From: a virus
Direction: 5' to 3' (one strand)
Virus record (IMG/VR): IMGVR_UViG_3300014059_000004
DNA: 64,000 nt
A program made the position numbers and the translations under genes. Positions 1-9,971 of this stretch are shown here, in pieces. The notes under the pieces are model-generated. The model ran no database searches. It worked only from the letters and a program-made list of their open reading frames with translations, and was not told where the DNA came from. The stretch's first letter is position 1; each line of letters opens with the position of its first letter.

Positions 1-1067
1 GCAACGAATTTTTTGTATGTCAGACCATCGAAGCTAAAATCAAATCCAATATCAACATGATCTGTGACGTCATCATCTGAGCCACCAAGTCCACCAAGAC
101 CAGGCGCTAGTTTCATCTGGGGTGTGCCAATGGGAAACAGTCCAGCTGTTTTTGACACATCCCTTGAAAGAACGTAATTTTCAAATCTGCGCGGTGGCGC
201 AGCGCGAGTAGATTTTGGAGTAGCCATTAAGTACGTCATTCCTCCGAACGCAATTGAGTCAGCACCGATCGTTGTGCTGTTATCATACACCCAACCACAC
301 GTTGATGATCTCTGCTTGTGAGAAATATAGTTGTCTGTCGATCCAGTCATGTTGGCCATGTAACCTTCTATGTCTGACCCTCTAGCTATCGATGACGACA
401 TGTTTCTGTTAAATCTTTCATCAATGAAAGGTTTGATCTTGACGTGATTAACGTTGAAAGCGCCGTTGATAGGAGGATGGTTGCTAGATTGTTCAACGTG
501 GTCTCTGAATGCGACTGGAGTTGTGGTTGAAACGTAGTAGTCGAGGCTGAGCACCCTGTCAGAAGACAACGTTTGATCTTCGTTTCCACCGCTTAGTGAG
601 CCTCTTACATCATGAGGAAAATAATTCTTGTCAAATTCAAATAGAAATGCTTTAGCGCGAACAGTTAGCGGTTCGATGACGCCGTCCCACGTCCTACTTT
701 CTGTTTGATCATTGTCACCAGTGACAATCGCTTTGTTTGTCGTGTAACGAATTGATGATGAGATGTATGCAACCGGGTTAAAGTAATCAATGTCCGTGTA
801 CGCTGGATCACTGCGAAATTGATGGAACATTCCATAACCGGTTCTCTTCAGAACATGACCCGGTTCACCAGCATGGATCTTCACAATTCCAGCATCATGA
901 TGCTTAAGCTGCGTTAGTTCTGTGCCTTGCCTGTATACGTCGACGCTTGTAGTGTCGATGCTCGAAGTGTTGTGAGCAACGACAGATTTGACGATGACGA
1001 CCGGTCCTTCATCAAAGTAATCAGAAGGATCTTGAGGCTCGTTCCTGAAGAAATTTGGATTTGACAT
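1..1067 (-). CDS. Edge-truncated hypothetical structural protein (tail-fibre/baseplate neighbourhood). Start uncertain: ATG at 1067 or internal ATG near 830.
   Basis: Hand translation of the minus strand gives an uninterrupted protein-like frame from the stop at 1143-1145 to position 1, >355 aa (..HVDIGFDFSFDGLTYKKFVA runs off the window). It overlaps the 3' end of the 914..4549 gene by 154 nt in another frame. Confidence 0.45.
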   Translation of the reverse strand, partial: MSNPNFFRNEPQDPSDYFDEGPVVIVKSVVAHNTSSIDTTSVDVYRQGTELTQLKHHDAGIVKIHAGEPGHVLKRTGYGMFHQFRSDPAYTDIDYFNPVAYISSSIRYTTNKAIVTGDNDQTESRTWDGVIEPLTVRAKAFLFEFDKNYFPHDVRGSLSGGNEDQTLSSDRVLSLDYYVSTTTPVAFRDHVEQSSNHPPINGAFNVNHVKIKPFIDERFNRNMSSSIARGSDIEGYMANMTGSTDNYISHKQRSSTCGWVYDNSTTIGADSIAFGGMTYLMATPKSTRAAPPRRFENYVLSRDVSKTAGLFPIGTPQMKLAPGLGGLGGSDDDVTDHVDIGFDFSFDGLTYKKFV

Positions 1068-4000
1068 AACATCTGTAAGTACTTCTTGAGCGTTCCAACG
1101 ATCTGCTGCACTAGCAGAACGTCTCTTAGACGACTTCTGTCTTCAGCAGCAAGGTACATGTCAGCCGATTTGTGCTCTAGCTTTGCCCTCTCCAACATGT
1201 GCGATTCAACGACAAAATTTGTTCCCTTGAACCTTGTCTTACGCGGAACAAGCTGCTCTATGAACGTTCCAAGCGATCTGTCAAACCACCTGAAAAACTC
1301 GAAGAAATCTTGGAAGTTTAGTTTGGTTGAGATCCTATTGAAGTATACTTCACGCATGCGATCTAGGTCTGGGTAGTCTGGTGAATATACTAGCTCCGGT
1401 GAACCAAGAGCATTGTCTAGAGCATCAAACGTTGAGAACAACGTGACGATGTCACGATTCAATGCATCGATCAATGAGAATTCAATTGACAACCTTGTAT
1501 CATCGGTTGGTTTTTCGGAACGAATTATCTCGTGAACTGGTGCAACTGATGCCCATGGAGTTGAATCGACAAGATCTTGAGTTTGGTAACCTCTGATTCG
1601 AATCTTCTCAGTCGTAGATGCTTCATCAAAGTATGGTGACAGATAGCTGTGATCGAAGATCTCTCCAACGACAGCTCTTTTCTCGATCTGAAAGTTGCTT
1701 CCAGTGAAGTGAAAACCGTTCTGGCTGAAGTCTATGAACTGGATGCTGCCGATCGGGCCGAGCGACGCTGTTGCGTTTGGATATCGATCTTGCTGCTTCT
1801 TCATAGAATCTAGTCGTAGCTTTTCCCACGAACCTGAACGTGTTGTGACGTAGTTGTAGTTCACCAGCGGGTCTTGCACGCCGACGGACTTGTAATTTCT
1901 TACGTGCTCTTTCCACTCTACTTCGCTCAATGCCCTTGACCAGAACCTGACGTTTGCTACGCGACCCGTAAAAGCTGTGGTTCGTGCTTCCTCAGGGGCC
2001 TCTAGAGTATTATTCAAAAATAGGTAAGTGGTGACAGTACCCGAATTAATGAGTTGATTCTGGCCGATCGAGATGAAGCTGCCAGAAGCGCTCGTAGTCG
2101 AGCCAGTCGTGAATGAATTTAGCTCACCTTGCGGAGTTTCATAGAAGAAAGAACTTGATGCATAGTACCAGGTGATCTCTCCTTCGTTCTGAGAACCAAC
2201 TCTCAAGAAGTACGAAGAAGAAACTCTTGAGCCAAAGCTGTCAGCACGTTCTCGACCAAAGCACACGTTCCAGCGAGATGAATCAAAGAACCCATTCTCT
2301 GGCAGGCCAATCTCCATTCGAAGCGTCGGCGAAGACGATGACATTCCTGGACGTACGTACAGCAAAACCTTTGGATCTGTAGATGATGAGATTGCCAACA
2401 AGTTAGCTACGTAGCTCAACCCACCAGATCCAGTGACGCACAACCTAGCGAGGCTCTGCGTCGCGGCTGTCATCTGCGAGATGTTTGTTGGCGTGAATTT
2501 GTAGATTGCTTCGTACGTCCATGAGCCGCTGGTGAGCAAACCATCAGACGCAAGATTTGAGATGCCGGTTGGTGGGTGGTTTGTCGTGTCAACGAACGTT
2601 CCAGCGATGTTTGGATAGCCGGGTTCAATCCTAGAAGCTGACAAGAATGGCGTGACAGCAAGCGAACTGGTTGTGAATTCAACCATGGCTCCTGCATCGT
2701 GCTTCTTCTCTCTTGCAAATGTTAGAGGCCTAGTAGTCGGACCACCGAACTCTCTGATTCTCATAGAGTTATCAGGATCGATGCCAATGGCACGTAGGAA
2801 TGATCTGATAGAGTGCTGCGTTCCCTTTGATCTAAGAACGTCGGGCATGTTGATGAGCACTCGACGTAGCAGCTCGTTCTGAACGTACTTCAAAGGATAC
2901 GCTGAAGTTGCGATCTCTAGGCCCACGTTCTCTGCGTTGACATACTGGTCTATCGTTGAACCATTGAAGAGCGGCGGGAGGTGAAAACCGTAGATTCTTA
3001 CCAGATCGTACAAAAAGTTGTTTGGCGTGTTTTCAGTAACGCCGTAATCCAAGTACTGCAACGTGCTGAATGAATCAACGTACAGTTTAATTTCATCAAA
3101 GAATCGTGCCCAGATGTACAAGAATGAAACGATGATCTGCGAAGGTGACATCTTACCTTCACCTGGCATTCCATCACCGCCGTACGTTCCTAGGCCGTCA
3201 TCAACGTCGGCGGTACCGTCTTGAGAACCACCTTCTAGCAAGTAATGCTGTGGAATCAATCTGGTGATGAGGTTTGGATTTGCTGCATCGTAAGCAGATG
3301 CTGAAGCAATCAACGTCTCGTTAAGCGTCACAGTATCTGGGTACGCTGGAAACAAGACTGGCAACGTCTCGCTCTTTTCATAGATCATCTTGCTCTTCGC
3401 ATCGCTAGCCGCAGATTGTCGCAATGATCCAGTGAAATTAGCGACAGTTGCATGCAGCGAGTTGCCAGAGCTGTCAAGAACTATAGAATTGACAGGATCT
3501 GAGGTTAGCGTTGTCAACGGCGGCGGTGGCTCGTTAAAACGGTAATATAGTTTCAAGTCAGAAGTTGAGTATATCGACTTCTTTGCAAACAATTCTTGCT
3601 GAGTCTGCGTTCTGATTGAATGAAACACTCGCAGCTCATCCATGCTTCCGCTCAACGTTTGCGTCGGCGTGACAGTTGAGCCGGCATAAGTGAACGCAGA
3701 TCCTGTGCCTATCAAGATGTCAGATGCATCGATGTCAAGATCACCGATAGAAACTCCTGCACGTGATCTTTGCTGCAGCACTTCATTTACGTAAAAATCA
3801 ACGTAATGAACGCTGCTCTCTCTGTTCAAGGTAGCGCATATATGATTAAATTCACCCTTATTGAGAGTTGCATTTCCAATCACATAAGAAGAACCACTCA
3901 ACACAACGAACTTGCTTGTCACAGACGTAGTGCCAACGTCTGGTTCAAGGTAGAGGCACAGACCCACAGTACTACCAGACATCTTTTGGAAGATAACTTG

Positions 4001-4549
4001 GTAGTTGTTTGTCTTGGCTGGCACAAAAAGCTGCGCTTCGATCGTGAATGATACCCCATCTCGTGGGTTTAGAATCGAATCACCCGTTTTGTTCTTTGAA
4101 ATTTCTGGGTATAGTGAGCCTGCGTGGTCTTTAACTTTGATCCACGTTCCCAAAGTTCCGTCAGTATCTTCACCTACAGCAGTACCAGAAAAATGCAATT
4201 GACCCTGGTACCTTGGAAAGCTATCAAAGACCCATTTGTCAAACCCGGTCATCCTTTCAAAGAAAGCTTCAATCTCGGCTTTTGAACCATCAAAAGGATA
4301 TCCGTTGATGATCTGCTCGAACGCAAGGTTAACTTTCGCTTCTGCTGAAGAAAAGAACGTATGATTCTCAAATTTCGACCAATCGATATTGAGTTGCTGC
4401 GTGTTCTTCAATGGTGCATTTGAAGAATCGTACAAGAAAGATGATGTGCTCTGGATATTCGTGAGCTTCACCTCATCGAACGTAAGCTGTATTGGTTTGC
4501 TATCTTCGAGCGCTGCTTTTAGGAACGATGGAATGTATGGGTTGGGCAT
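914..4549 (-). CDS. Very large (1211 aa) tail-fibre or distal baseplate structural protein
   Basis: Long ORF with ATG start and TAA stop. Sits in the minus-strand structural block downstream of the gp25/gp6-like genes. No enzymatic motif; the last ~50 aa are low complexity. Confidence 0.5.
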   Translation of the reverse strand: MPNPYIPSFLKAALEDSKPIQLTFDEVKLTNIQSTSSFLYDSSNAPLKNTQQLNIDWSKFENHTFFSSAEAKVNLAFEQIINGYPFDGSKAEIEAFFERMTGFDKWVFDSFPRYQGQLHFSGTAVGEDTDGTLGTWIKVKDHAGSLYPEISKNKTGDSILNPRDGVSFTIEAQLFVPAKTNNYQVIFQKMSGSTVGLCLYLEPDVGTTSVTSKFVVLSGSSYVIGNATLNKGEFNHICATLNRESSVHYVDFYVNEVLQQRSRAGVSIGDLDIDASDILIGTGSAFTYAGSTVTPTQTLSGSMDELRVFHSIRTQTQQELFAKKSIYSTSDLKLYYRFNEPPPPLTTLTSDPVNSIVLDSSGNSLHATVANFTGSLRQSAASDAKSKMIYEKSETLPVLFPAYPDTVTLNETLIASASAYDAANPNLITRLIPQHYLLEGGSQDGTADVDDGLGTYGGDGMPGEGKMSPSQIIVSFLYIWARFFDEIKLYVDSFSTLQYLDYGVTENTPNNFLYDLVRIYGFHLPPLFNGSTIDQYVNAENVGLEIATSAYPLKYVQNELLRRVLINMPDVLRSKGTQHSIRSFLRAIGIDPDNSMRIREFGGPTTRPLTFAREKKHDAGAMVEFTTSSLAVTPFLSASRIEPGYPNIAGTFVDTTNHPPTGISNLASDGLLTSGSWTYEAIYKFTPTNISQMTAATQSLARLCVTGSGGLSYVANLLAISSSTDPKVLLYVRPGMSSSSPTLRMEIGLPENGFFDSSRWNVCFGRERADSFGSRVSSSYFLRVGSQNEGEITWYYASSSFFYETPQGELNSFTTGSTTSASGSFISIGQNQLINSGTVTTYLFLNNTLEAPEEARTTAFTGRVANVRFWSRALSEVEWKEHVRNYKSVGVQDPLVNYNYVTTRSGSWEKLRLDSMKKQQDRYPNATASLGPIGSIQFIDFSQNGFHFTGSNFQIEKRAVVGEIFDHSYLSPYFDEASTTEKIRIRGYQTQDLVDSTPWASVAPVHEIIRSEKPTDDTRLSIEFSLIDALNRDIVTLFSTFDALDNALGSPELVYSPDYPDLDRMREVYFNRISTKLNFQDFFEFFRWFDRSLGTFIEQLVPRKTRFKGTNFVVESHMLERAKLEHKSADMYLAAEDRSRLRDVLLVQQIVGTLKKYLQMLCQIQISSGTSLKILLITLMKDRSSSSNLSLLTTLRASTLQASTYTGKAQN

Positions 4550-6057
4550 GTCGATCCTAACTGTGCTTCAACAATCTTGAACTGTGATGAAGCATTGCTG
4601 TGCACCTGTCGATTTCCTCCCACAAGCAGCAAAACGTCTATGACGTAAGTTTGCTCTGTGGGAAAGTCAGACGTGAACAGTTTGAAAAACAATCCCTTAG
4701 AGTCTGATGACAAACGCGTTGAACCGTACGTTGTGTCGAATGGAACAACAACTTCACCCGTCGAGACGTTTCTAACGCTCCAGTGTGCCTCTGATGCGAT
4801 TCCTAGCAAGCCATTTGGAGACTCAAGTGGAACACGAGCCGTAGTAATTAGAGGTGAATTTCGATCAAAAACATTTACTCTTACGACTGGTGTTTCTGTG
4901 TTGTCGTACGTATCCTTCAAGTTTGAAACTGTAACAACTGGTGTGTTGGTTGGAAGGAAAGTTTCTGTTCTGTTTGCTTTAGTCACAGAGATCTTTGAAC
5001 CGCTATGAAAAAGTACCGTTCCATCTAGAGATGCCCAAACAGGCGTCAACTTGATGACGCTTCCTGTTGCTGCAAGAGCAGCTGCGATGTATTGATTTGT
5101 TGACGATAGGGTGAATGATGCAGAATACACACCAGTAGATGCAATTCCTCCAACGTAGTGCTGACTTCCAGTTGCGATATATTGAGCAAATCCGCCTGAG
5201 ATTGGAAGTAGAAGTCGGCAAGCAAGGCTGTTACTGCCAGTCACGTAGCTTGATCCTGAGATCAAGTTTGCTGGTGAGCCATGATCGTAATTGAACAGAA
5301 ACAGCGTCTCTGTTGTGTCTAGTCTCATGCCAGAAGATGAATCATTGTATGAATCGTTATACCCAATGATCAATCGTGGTCTCTTGGAAACATCGTACGC
5401 GTGCCTCGAGGCGAACCGCTTCACGAAGTAAGTGTACGTATTAGTTTCTTCCGTTGCAGTGTAAGCGATTCGGAAGCCTTCATCTGGTATAGTTCCAGAC
5501 AACACGGCTCTTATTGCAGCAGTGACGTCAACGTTCAAGTGTTCTTCACTGACGAACGTTTGCGATGCAGCGTAAGAACCAGTGAAGAAATCACACACAT
5601 CACCTGGTGATCCTGACGCTCCACAACCGCTAAACACCCATGAACCCGTTGCTAGCGACGCAGTTAGAAAGTTAGCTGCGTCGTAATCTCCATAGAAGAC
5701 AACATCTTTCCCTCTTCCTTCATCGAACGATCTAGACAAAGGATTGACATTAAGCACGAAGTTTGATGGCGTAGGTTGGCCTCCGTACACATCAAACAGC
5801 TTGATCTTTGCAAAGAAGCTAGTGTGAGAAGGATTAACAGTTCCGGCTGTCACCATAGAACGAAGCTCAGAGATATCAAAGTGAATCAATCCACGCGTTA
5901 GTTCAATGTTTGAAACCGATCCAGACGTTGTTGCACCGTACAACTTGAACAAGTCTATCGTTCCTGCAAGTCCTACGTTAGTGTTGTAAGACCGTACACC
6001 ATTGATCACTCTGTTAGTGATGTAAGTGTCTTTGTCTGCTTTGAATATTCTGTACAT
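4519..6057 (-). CDS. Baseplate/tail-fibre-associated structural protein (512 aa)
   Basis: ORF in the baseplate operon between the gp6-like and 1211-aa genes, with the short gene overlaps typical of phage structural operons. Confidence 0.45.
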   Translation of the reverse strand: MYRIFKADKDTYITNRVINGVRSYNTNVGLAGTIDLFKLYGATTSGSVSNIELTRGLIHFDISELRSMVTAGTVNPSHTSFFAKIKLFDVYGGQPTPSNFVLNVNPLSRSFDEGRGKDVVFYGDYDAANFLTASLATGSWVFSGCGASGSPGDVCDFFTGSYAASQTFVSEEHLNVDVTAAIRAVLSGTIPDEGFRIAYTATEETNTYTYFVKRFASRHAYDVSKRPRLIIGYNDSYNDSSSGMRLDTTETLFLFNYDHGSPANLISGSSYVTGSNSLACRLLLPISGGFAQYIATGSQHYVGGIASTGVYSASFTLSSTNQYIAAALAATGSVIKLTPVWASLDGTVLFHSGSKISVTKANRTETFLPTNTPVVTVSNLKDTYDNTETPVVRVNVFDRNSPLITTARVPLESPNGLLGIASEAHWSVRNVSTGEVVVPFDTTYGSTRLSSDSKGLFFKLFTSDFPTEQTYVIDVLLLVGGNRQVHSNASSQFKIVEAQLGSTCPTHTFHRS

Positions 6058-7981
6058 CTAACGAGATCCTCCCGACGATGTCAACTTCTGGGTAACGAAT
6101 CTCGAATATTGCTCCTTCTGGCGGGAGGATTATTCCTTGCTTCGTGTTGCTGGAAACGTTGAACGTTGCGCTGCTGTACGATCGATTGTTGACAGTTCCG
6201 GTGATGTTGTTGAACTGCACCCTGTCAATAGCAATGACTCCCGGAACTGAAAATATTGCGTTTACAACATCGCTAGTGATCAACGGTTGATCGATGTGAA
6301 AGTTCTTTATGTTGAAAGTCGATTGCAGTTTGGTGAGAATGTTCTGAAGAACGATGCTCTTGTTCAGTGCCGGGTCTGCGACTATTTCGAACGCTAGCGT
6401 AAGATTTATGATCTTTGCATCAAGAACATCGATTGCGTCAGATATCATCCTGTATGGGTTCAAGTACTTGACGATGTTCTGCTTCAACGTATCTGGTGAA
6501 GTGATTAGTTTCTGCTCTGGTGATCTAGACACTATGAACAGTTGCGTTGCTAGCGGGTTGTTGGGATTTGATCTGATAGCTGCCCTAAAAACTCTGCCGA
6601 AATTAGATGGAATTGTGTAGACCCTTGCTAGCAAGTCTTCTCTTGTCACAATTCTCTCTTGAGAATTTTTGATGGATGGGATCAATGCTTTGAGTTCATC
6701 AGAATCAGGTGCGTCCTCGCCGCCTGCGGCTTGAATTGCGTTTGAAACCTCGATAGTGTTCTTGACACCAGCTGCAAGCGCGCCTGGTGGGTTGCTTGGA
6801 AAGTACATCTTCAACGTCTTGATTGTCTTGATGCTGCCAGCTGGAACATTGTGGCTAAGACCGCCGCCGTAGCGATACGTCACCGTGACAGTAGTGTTAG
6901 CTGCCGCAACACCGAGCGTCTTCGTTTGAAGAAGTTGCTGCGGATTAACAGAGATCCTTGAGAAAGTTCTGCTGTATGGAAATGATATGGCAAATTCTGA
7001 CGGATCTGGAATGATGTCATCTTCTAGGGTGTCAGCAGAACCGCCACCAAACGTCAACGTAGTCTTTCTAGTTCCAAGATCAGTGTCTGCGATGAATCGA
7101 TACGGTGCTGGAATCACCTTGATTGCCTCTGGGACGAGATCATTGTCTTTTGCAGTGTTGATGACATTTCTGTACACGACATCGTGCGAGAGAGCGTTGA
7201 CTTTGTAGTATATGTTACCCAATGAGTCAATAACGTTAATGATGTCAGTGACGTTAGCATTACCAAGTGTCAGCTGACGGAACGGAATAAATTCTGAATC
7301 AATGCTGAAGCTGTCAGTTGTTTCTTTGCCAGACACTGACAGACCAGCCATTGCCATGATGTACGTCTTTGGCGTACCGTCTGAAGCCTTTGTACCAACC
7401 TTCACTGAAGCATAGAGAGAGCCGTCAGATCGTTGCTTTGAAAAATCAATGTCTTCAAGAAGTATGAAATCGACGCCAGAATCAGATGTAAACACAGTAC
7501 CAGATTGCACGACGGGGATGCAATCGGGTCGCGGCATGATCTTGTTGCCAACGGTTGCAGCTGGAATTTGGATGTATATGGTTGCAGGTACGACTGCAGG
7601 GCTAGCGCCGACGATAGGTACTCCAGCAGTTCGAAGATGGCGCTGTATGTTAACAGTTTCGACGGCAGATTCGGGATTTAGCTCAGAGTACTGATGATCC
7701 AAGTAGAACGAAAGATTATCGCCTACGTACGCTGCCATGTCGAGGAGCAATCCTCCCAACGATGCTTCAGAAAAGTCTCTAAGACGATCTGGGTAATATA
7801 GCTTAGCGTACTCTAGAATCTGAGATCTCAGACCGTCAAAATCACGAGCTAGGTACTTTCGTTGCCTAACCGGTATGATATCATCTTTTTTGAGCGCCAT
7901 GTTTGGACCTTGCAAGTGCTGGGTTCGACCCAACAGTTCGTAACCTAAGTATCGTAATTCACACGACGAGGTCCAACTCAC
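6014..7981 (-). CDS. Baseplate wedge protein, gp6/J-like (call by position)
   Basis: 655-aa ORF immediately downstream of the gp25-like gene with an ATGA start/stop overlap at 7978-7981. The order W(gp25)-J(gp6) is conserved in contractile-tail phages. Confidence 0.45.
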   Translation of the reverse strand: MSWTSSCELRYLGYELLGRTQHLQGPNMALKKDDIIPVRQRKYLARDFDGLRSQILEYAKLYYPDRLRDFSEASLGGLLLDMAAYVGDNLSFYLDHQYSELNPESAVETVNIQRHLRTAGVPIVGASPAVVPATIYIQIPAATVGNKIMPRPDCIPVVQSGTVFTSDSGVDFILLEDIDFSKQRSDGSLYASVKVGTKASDGTPKTYIMAMAGLSVSGKETTDSFSIDSEFIPFRQLTLGNANVTDIINVIDSLGNIYYKVNALSHDVVYRNVINTAKDNDLVPEAIKVIPAPYRFIADTDLGTRKTTLTFGGGSADTLEDDIIPDPSEFAISFPYSRTFSRISVNPQQLLQTKTLGVAAANTTVTVTYRYGGGLSHNVPAGSIKTIKTLKMYFPSNPPGALAAGVKNTIEVSNAIQAAGGEDAPDSDELKALIPSIKNSQERIVTREDLLARVYTIPSNFGRVFRAAIRSNPNNPLATQLFIVSRSPEQKLITSPDTLKQNIVKYLNPYRMISDAIDVLDAKIINLTLAFEIVADPALNKSIVLQNILTKLQSTFNIKNFHIDQPLITSDVVNAIFSVPGVIAIDRVQFNNITGTVNNRSYSSATFNVSSNTKQGIILPPEGAIFEIRYPEVDIVGRISLDVQNIQSRQRHLHH

Positions 7982-8451
7982 ATTGGATACAGATCTATTT
8001 CTATCATCTTGCTCGTCACGTTCAGCGTTGGAATGCTGTACGTCAACCTGATCGTGATGTGCGCAGTGTTTTTGTTATCAGAGTGATCAGTAGTTGCAAC
8101 GTAATTCTCTAGCGAAACGTAAGGCATCCACCTTGAAACAGCACCATATATCTTTTCAACTGCTTTTCCATCAAAATCTTCAGCTGAGACTAGATCAGAC
8201 ATCAAAGGTCTGAGATTCGCCCCAAAATCATACAATCCCACACGTTCGCCCCAGTTCGTAAGAAGAAGATTACGAAGGTTGTCGTTGACTGTGTCAGCGA
8301 GGTTATCGTAAGTCACAAGAATTTCAGTGTTTTCACCGTCGCTTATCTGAAGCGGCGTCTTGATACCGATCGGCGTCTTGCTGACAGTCAGCGTTTCAAT
8401 CAGCTTTTGCTCTTGTGTCTGACCTGAACTTTTGAAGTTAAAGCTTCCCAT
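7978..8451 (-). CDS. Baseplate wedge protein gp25/GPW family
   Basis: 157 aa. Motif LRNLLLTNWGERVGLYDFGANL matches the gp25/GPW signature (compare T4 gp25 IKNSLLGIITTRKGSRPFDPEFGCDL). Confidence 0.65.
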   Translation of the reverse strand: MGSFNFKSSGQTQEQKLIETLTVSKTPIGIKTPLQISDGENTEILVTYDNLADTVNDNLRNLLLTNWGERVGLYDFGANLRPLMSDLVSAEDFDGKAVEKIYGAVSRWMPYVSLENYVATTDHSDNKNTAHITIRLTYSIPTLNVTSKMIEIDLYPM

Positions 8452-9971
8452 AGCTGTAAATAGTCATCTGACGCTACTGCGCCTGATCCTTTATTTTTCT
8501 CATCAGAAGCTTCGGATGGATCATAAGGAACGTCAGATGTTGCTTCAATGTCAAAATCAGTCTCTTCTTTCAACGCCTTCATGATGATCTTCAGACCAGC
8601 TCTTGCATTTTTCAAGTAAATCTCTGGCGAAGCTTCATAGTACGTCAGGCCGCCAGCAGAAGGCGGGATGATAGCATCATCTCCGGGTGGTGATGTTTTC
8701 TTTTTTCCAAGCACCGCCTGTGAGCTCATCAAAAAGATGGGCTTATACAGTGATTTATCATTATTGATTGCATCGAGAATGTAAGGCCTCTTGACGTACA
8801 GCTGGCGGATCAATGCTCGAGCTCCCGAGACAGGTGATCCGTACATGGCGTATGAAGTAGGATATTTTTTGCCATTTGCATCATAGTCAATGTGCTTGAA
8901 TGAACCAGCGTCACCATTCCCATGAATGTTCCCCCAGTTGTTAGAGCTCTTTGCCTCTGGCGGCGCGCCAGAAGGCCAAGCTGATCCGTAACCATTTTCC
9001 ATCTTGCCAATCAGTTGAGCGAACTGAGCTTCTTTTAGCGTAGGTTCTCTGTTAAACTCTTCTTTGAAAGCTTGAATGACTGTGTTCCTAGCCTTTGAAT
9101 CCATGTCATTTCCAGGAGCGGCTTCAGCTTTTCTGAAACCGTACTGCGTTCCAAGCTGTCCGGTGATTCCGGCCGGACCGCCATCTCCCACTAGCATTGA
9201 TACTGCAGTGATCGTCAAACATTGACCTGTGAATGCAGTCAGCTCACCGATAGCGATCGCTTTCGAAAGATCGCCTGCATTTGCAGTTCCGAACAAACCA
9301 GCATCAGCAACTTTCTTGATAACAGGACATACATTGGGCGGGATGCTGATCATGCCGATGACAAAGTTGAGATCAGGTATCATCAACTTCAAAAGAATCT
9401 CTGGTAGCTTCAGTGGCCACAGCTGAAAGTTGAACAATTGCAGCCAGTCTGGAGGGAGGTTAAAATTGAAGTCAATGGTTGGAAGCTTGAACTCTGGCAG
9501 TTTTGGTATGCTGAGCAACGCTTGAATATCTGGGAGTTCAGGAATCTTAATGTTCAATGCTAGCGCAAGATCTGGGGGTGTCAGCGTTGGAAGATCTGGT
9601 AGATCAAACGATGGAATCGCAAGGTTCAAGCTTAGAGCGATTGCAAACGGATCCCAGAACGGAAACGGCAAAGAGAAGTTTCCTTTAACGTCTAGTGCAA
9701 GCGCAACAGCTTCAAAATTTCCCATGACGTTCTTGTGAAAGTCAGGGTATTTTTCTTTATCGTACAGATCTTCCGGAACTAGACCGACCGCAGTTGGAAT
9801 TCCCAAATCAGCAGCGCATGGCAAATCTGGATGCACGTTGCTGAAACCAAGCTTACCATCATCGATGATGTTCTTTATGATGCGATTGTAAGCAGTTTCA
9901 GTCAACTTCCCTGGGTTGTTGATGTCCAATATGCCAGCAGAATGCTGGCATCCAGGCACTTCTTTTGACAT
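8400..9971 (-). CDS. Baseplate-associated protein with tandem P-x-L-P repeats and a possible C-terminal hydrolase-like domain
   Basis: The track ORF extends to a TTG at 10007. The ATG at 9971 overlaps the upstream stop as TAATG, a classic translational-coupling arrangement. N-terminal half carries repeats PDLPTL/PELPDI/LPEFKLP. Confidence 0.5.
   Translation of the reverse strand: MSKEVPGCQHSAGILDINNPGKLTETAYNRIIKNIIDDGKLGFSNVHPDLPCAADLGIPTAVGLVPEDLYDKEKYPDFHKNVMGNFEAVALALDVKGNFSLPFPFWDPFAIALSLNLAIPSFDLPDLPTLTPPDLALALNIKIPELPDIQALLSIPKLPEFKLPTIDFNFNLPPDWLQLFNFQLWPLKLPEILLKLMIPDLNFVIGMISIPPNVCPVIKKVADAGLFGTANAGDLSKAIAIGELTAFTGQCLTITAVSMLVGDGGPAGITGQLGTQYGFRKAEAAPGNDMDSKARNTVIQAFKEEFNREPTLKEAQFAQLIGKMENGYGSAWPSGAPPEAKSSNNWGNIHGNGDAGSFKHIDYDANGKKYPTSYAMYGSPVSGARALIRQLYVKRPYILDAINNDKSLYKPIFLMSSQAVLGKKKTSPPGDDAIIPPSAGGLTYYEASPEIYLKNARAGLKIIMKALKEETDFDIEATSDVPYDPSEASDEKNKGSGAVASDDYLQLWEALTSKVQVRHKSKS

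Noticed and set aside
1086-1376. Numerous 60-120-aa ORFs nested antisense or out of frame inside long genes (e.g. 1086..1376, 1626..1916, 12046..12396, 24018..24251, 36809..37147, 53666..54028)
   Set aside because: They lie entirely within well-supported long ORFs, have no RBS or context, and have junk-like compositions. The exceptions I kept are 45742..46071 (sigma-r4 motif) and 60297..61202 (fills its own gap).
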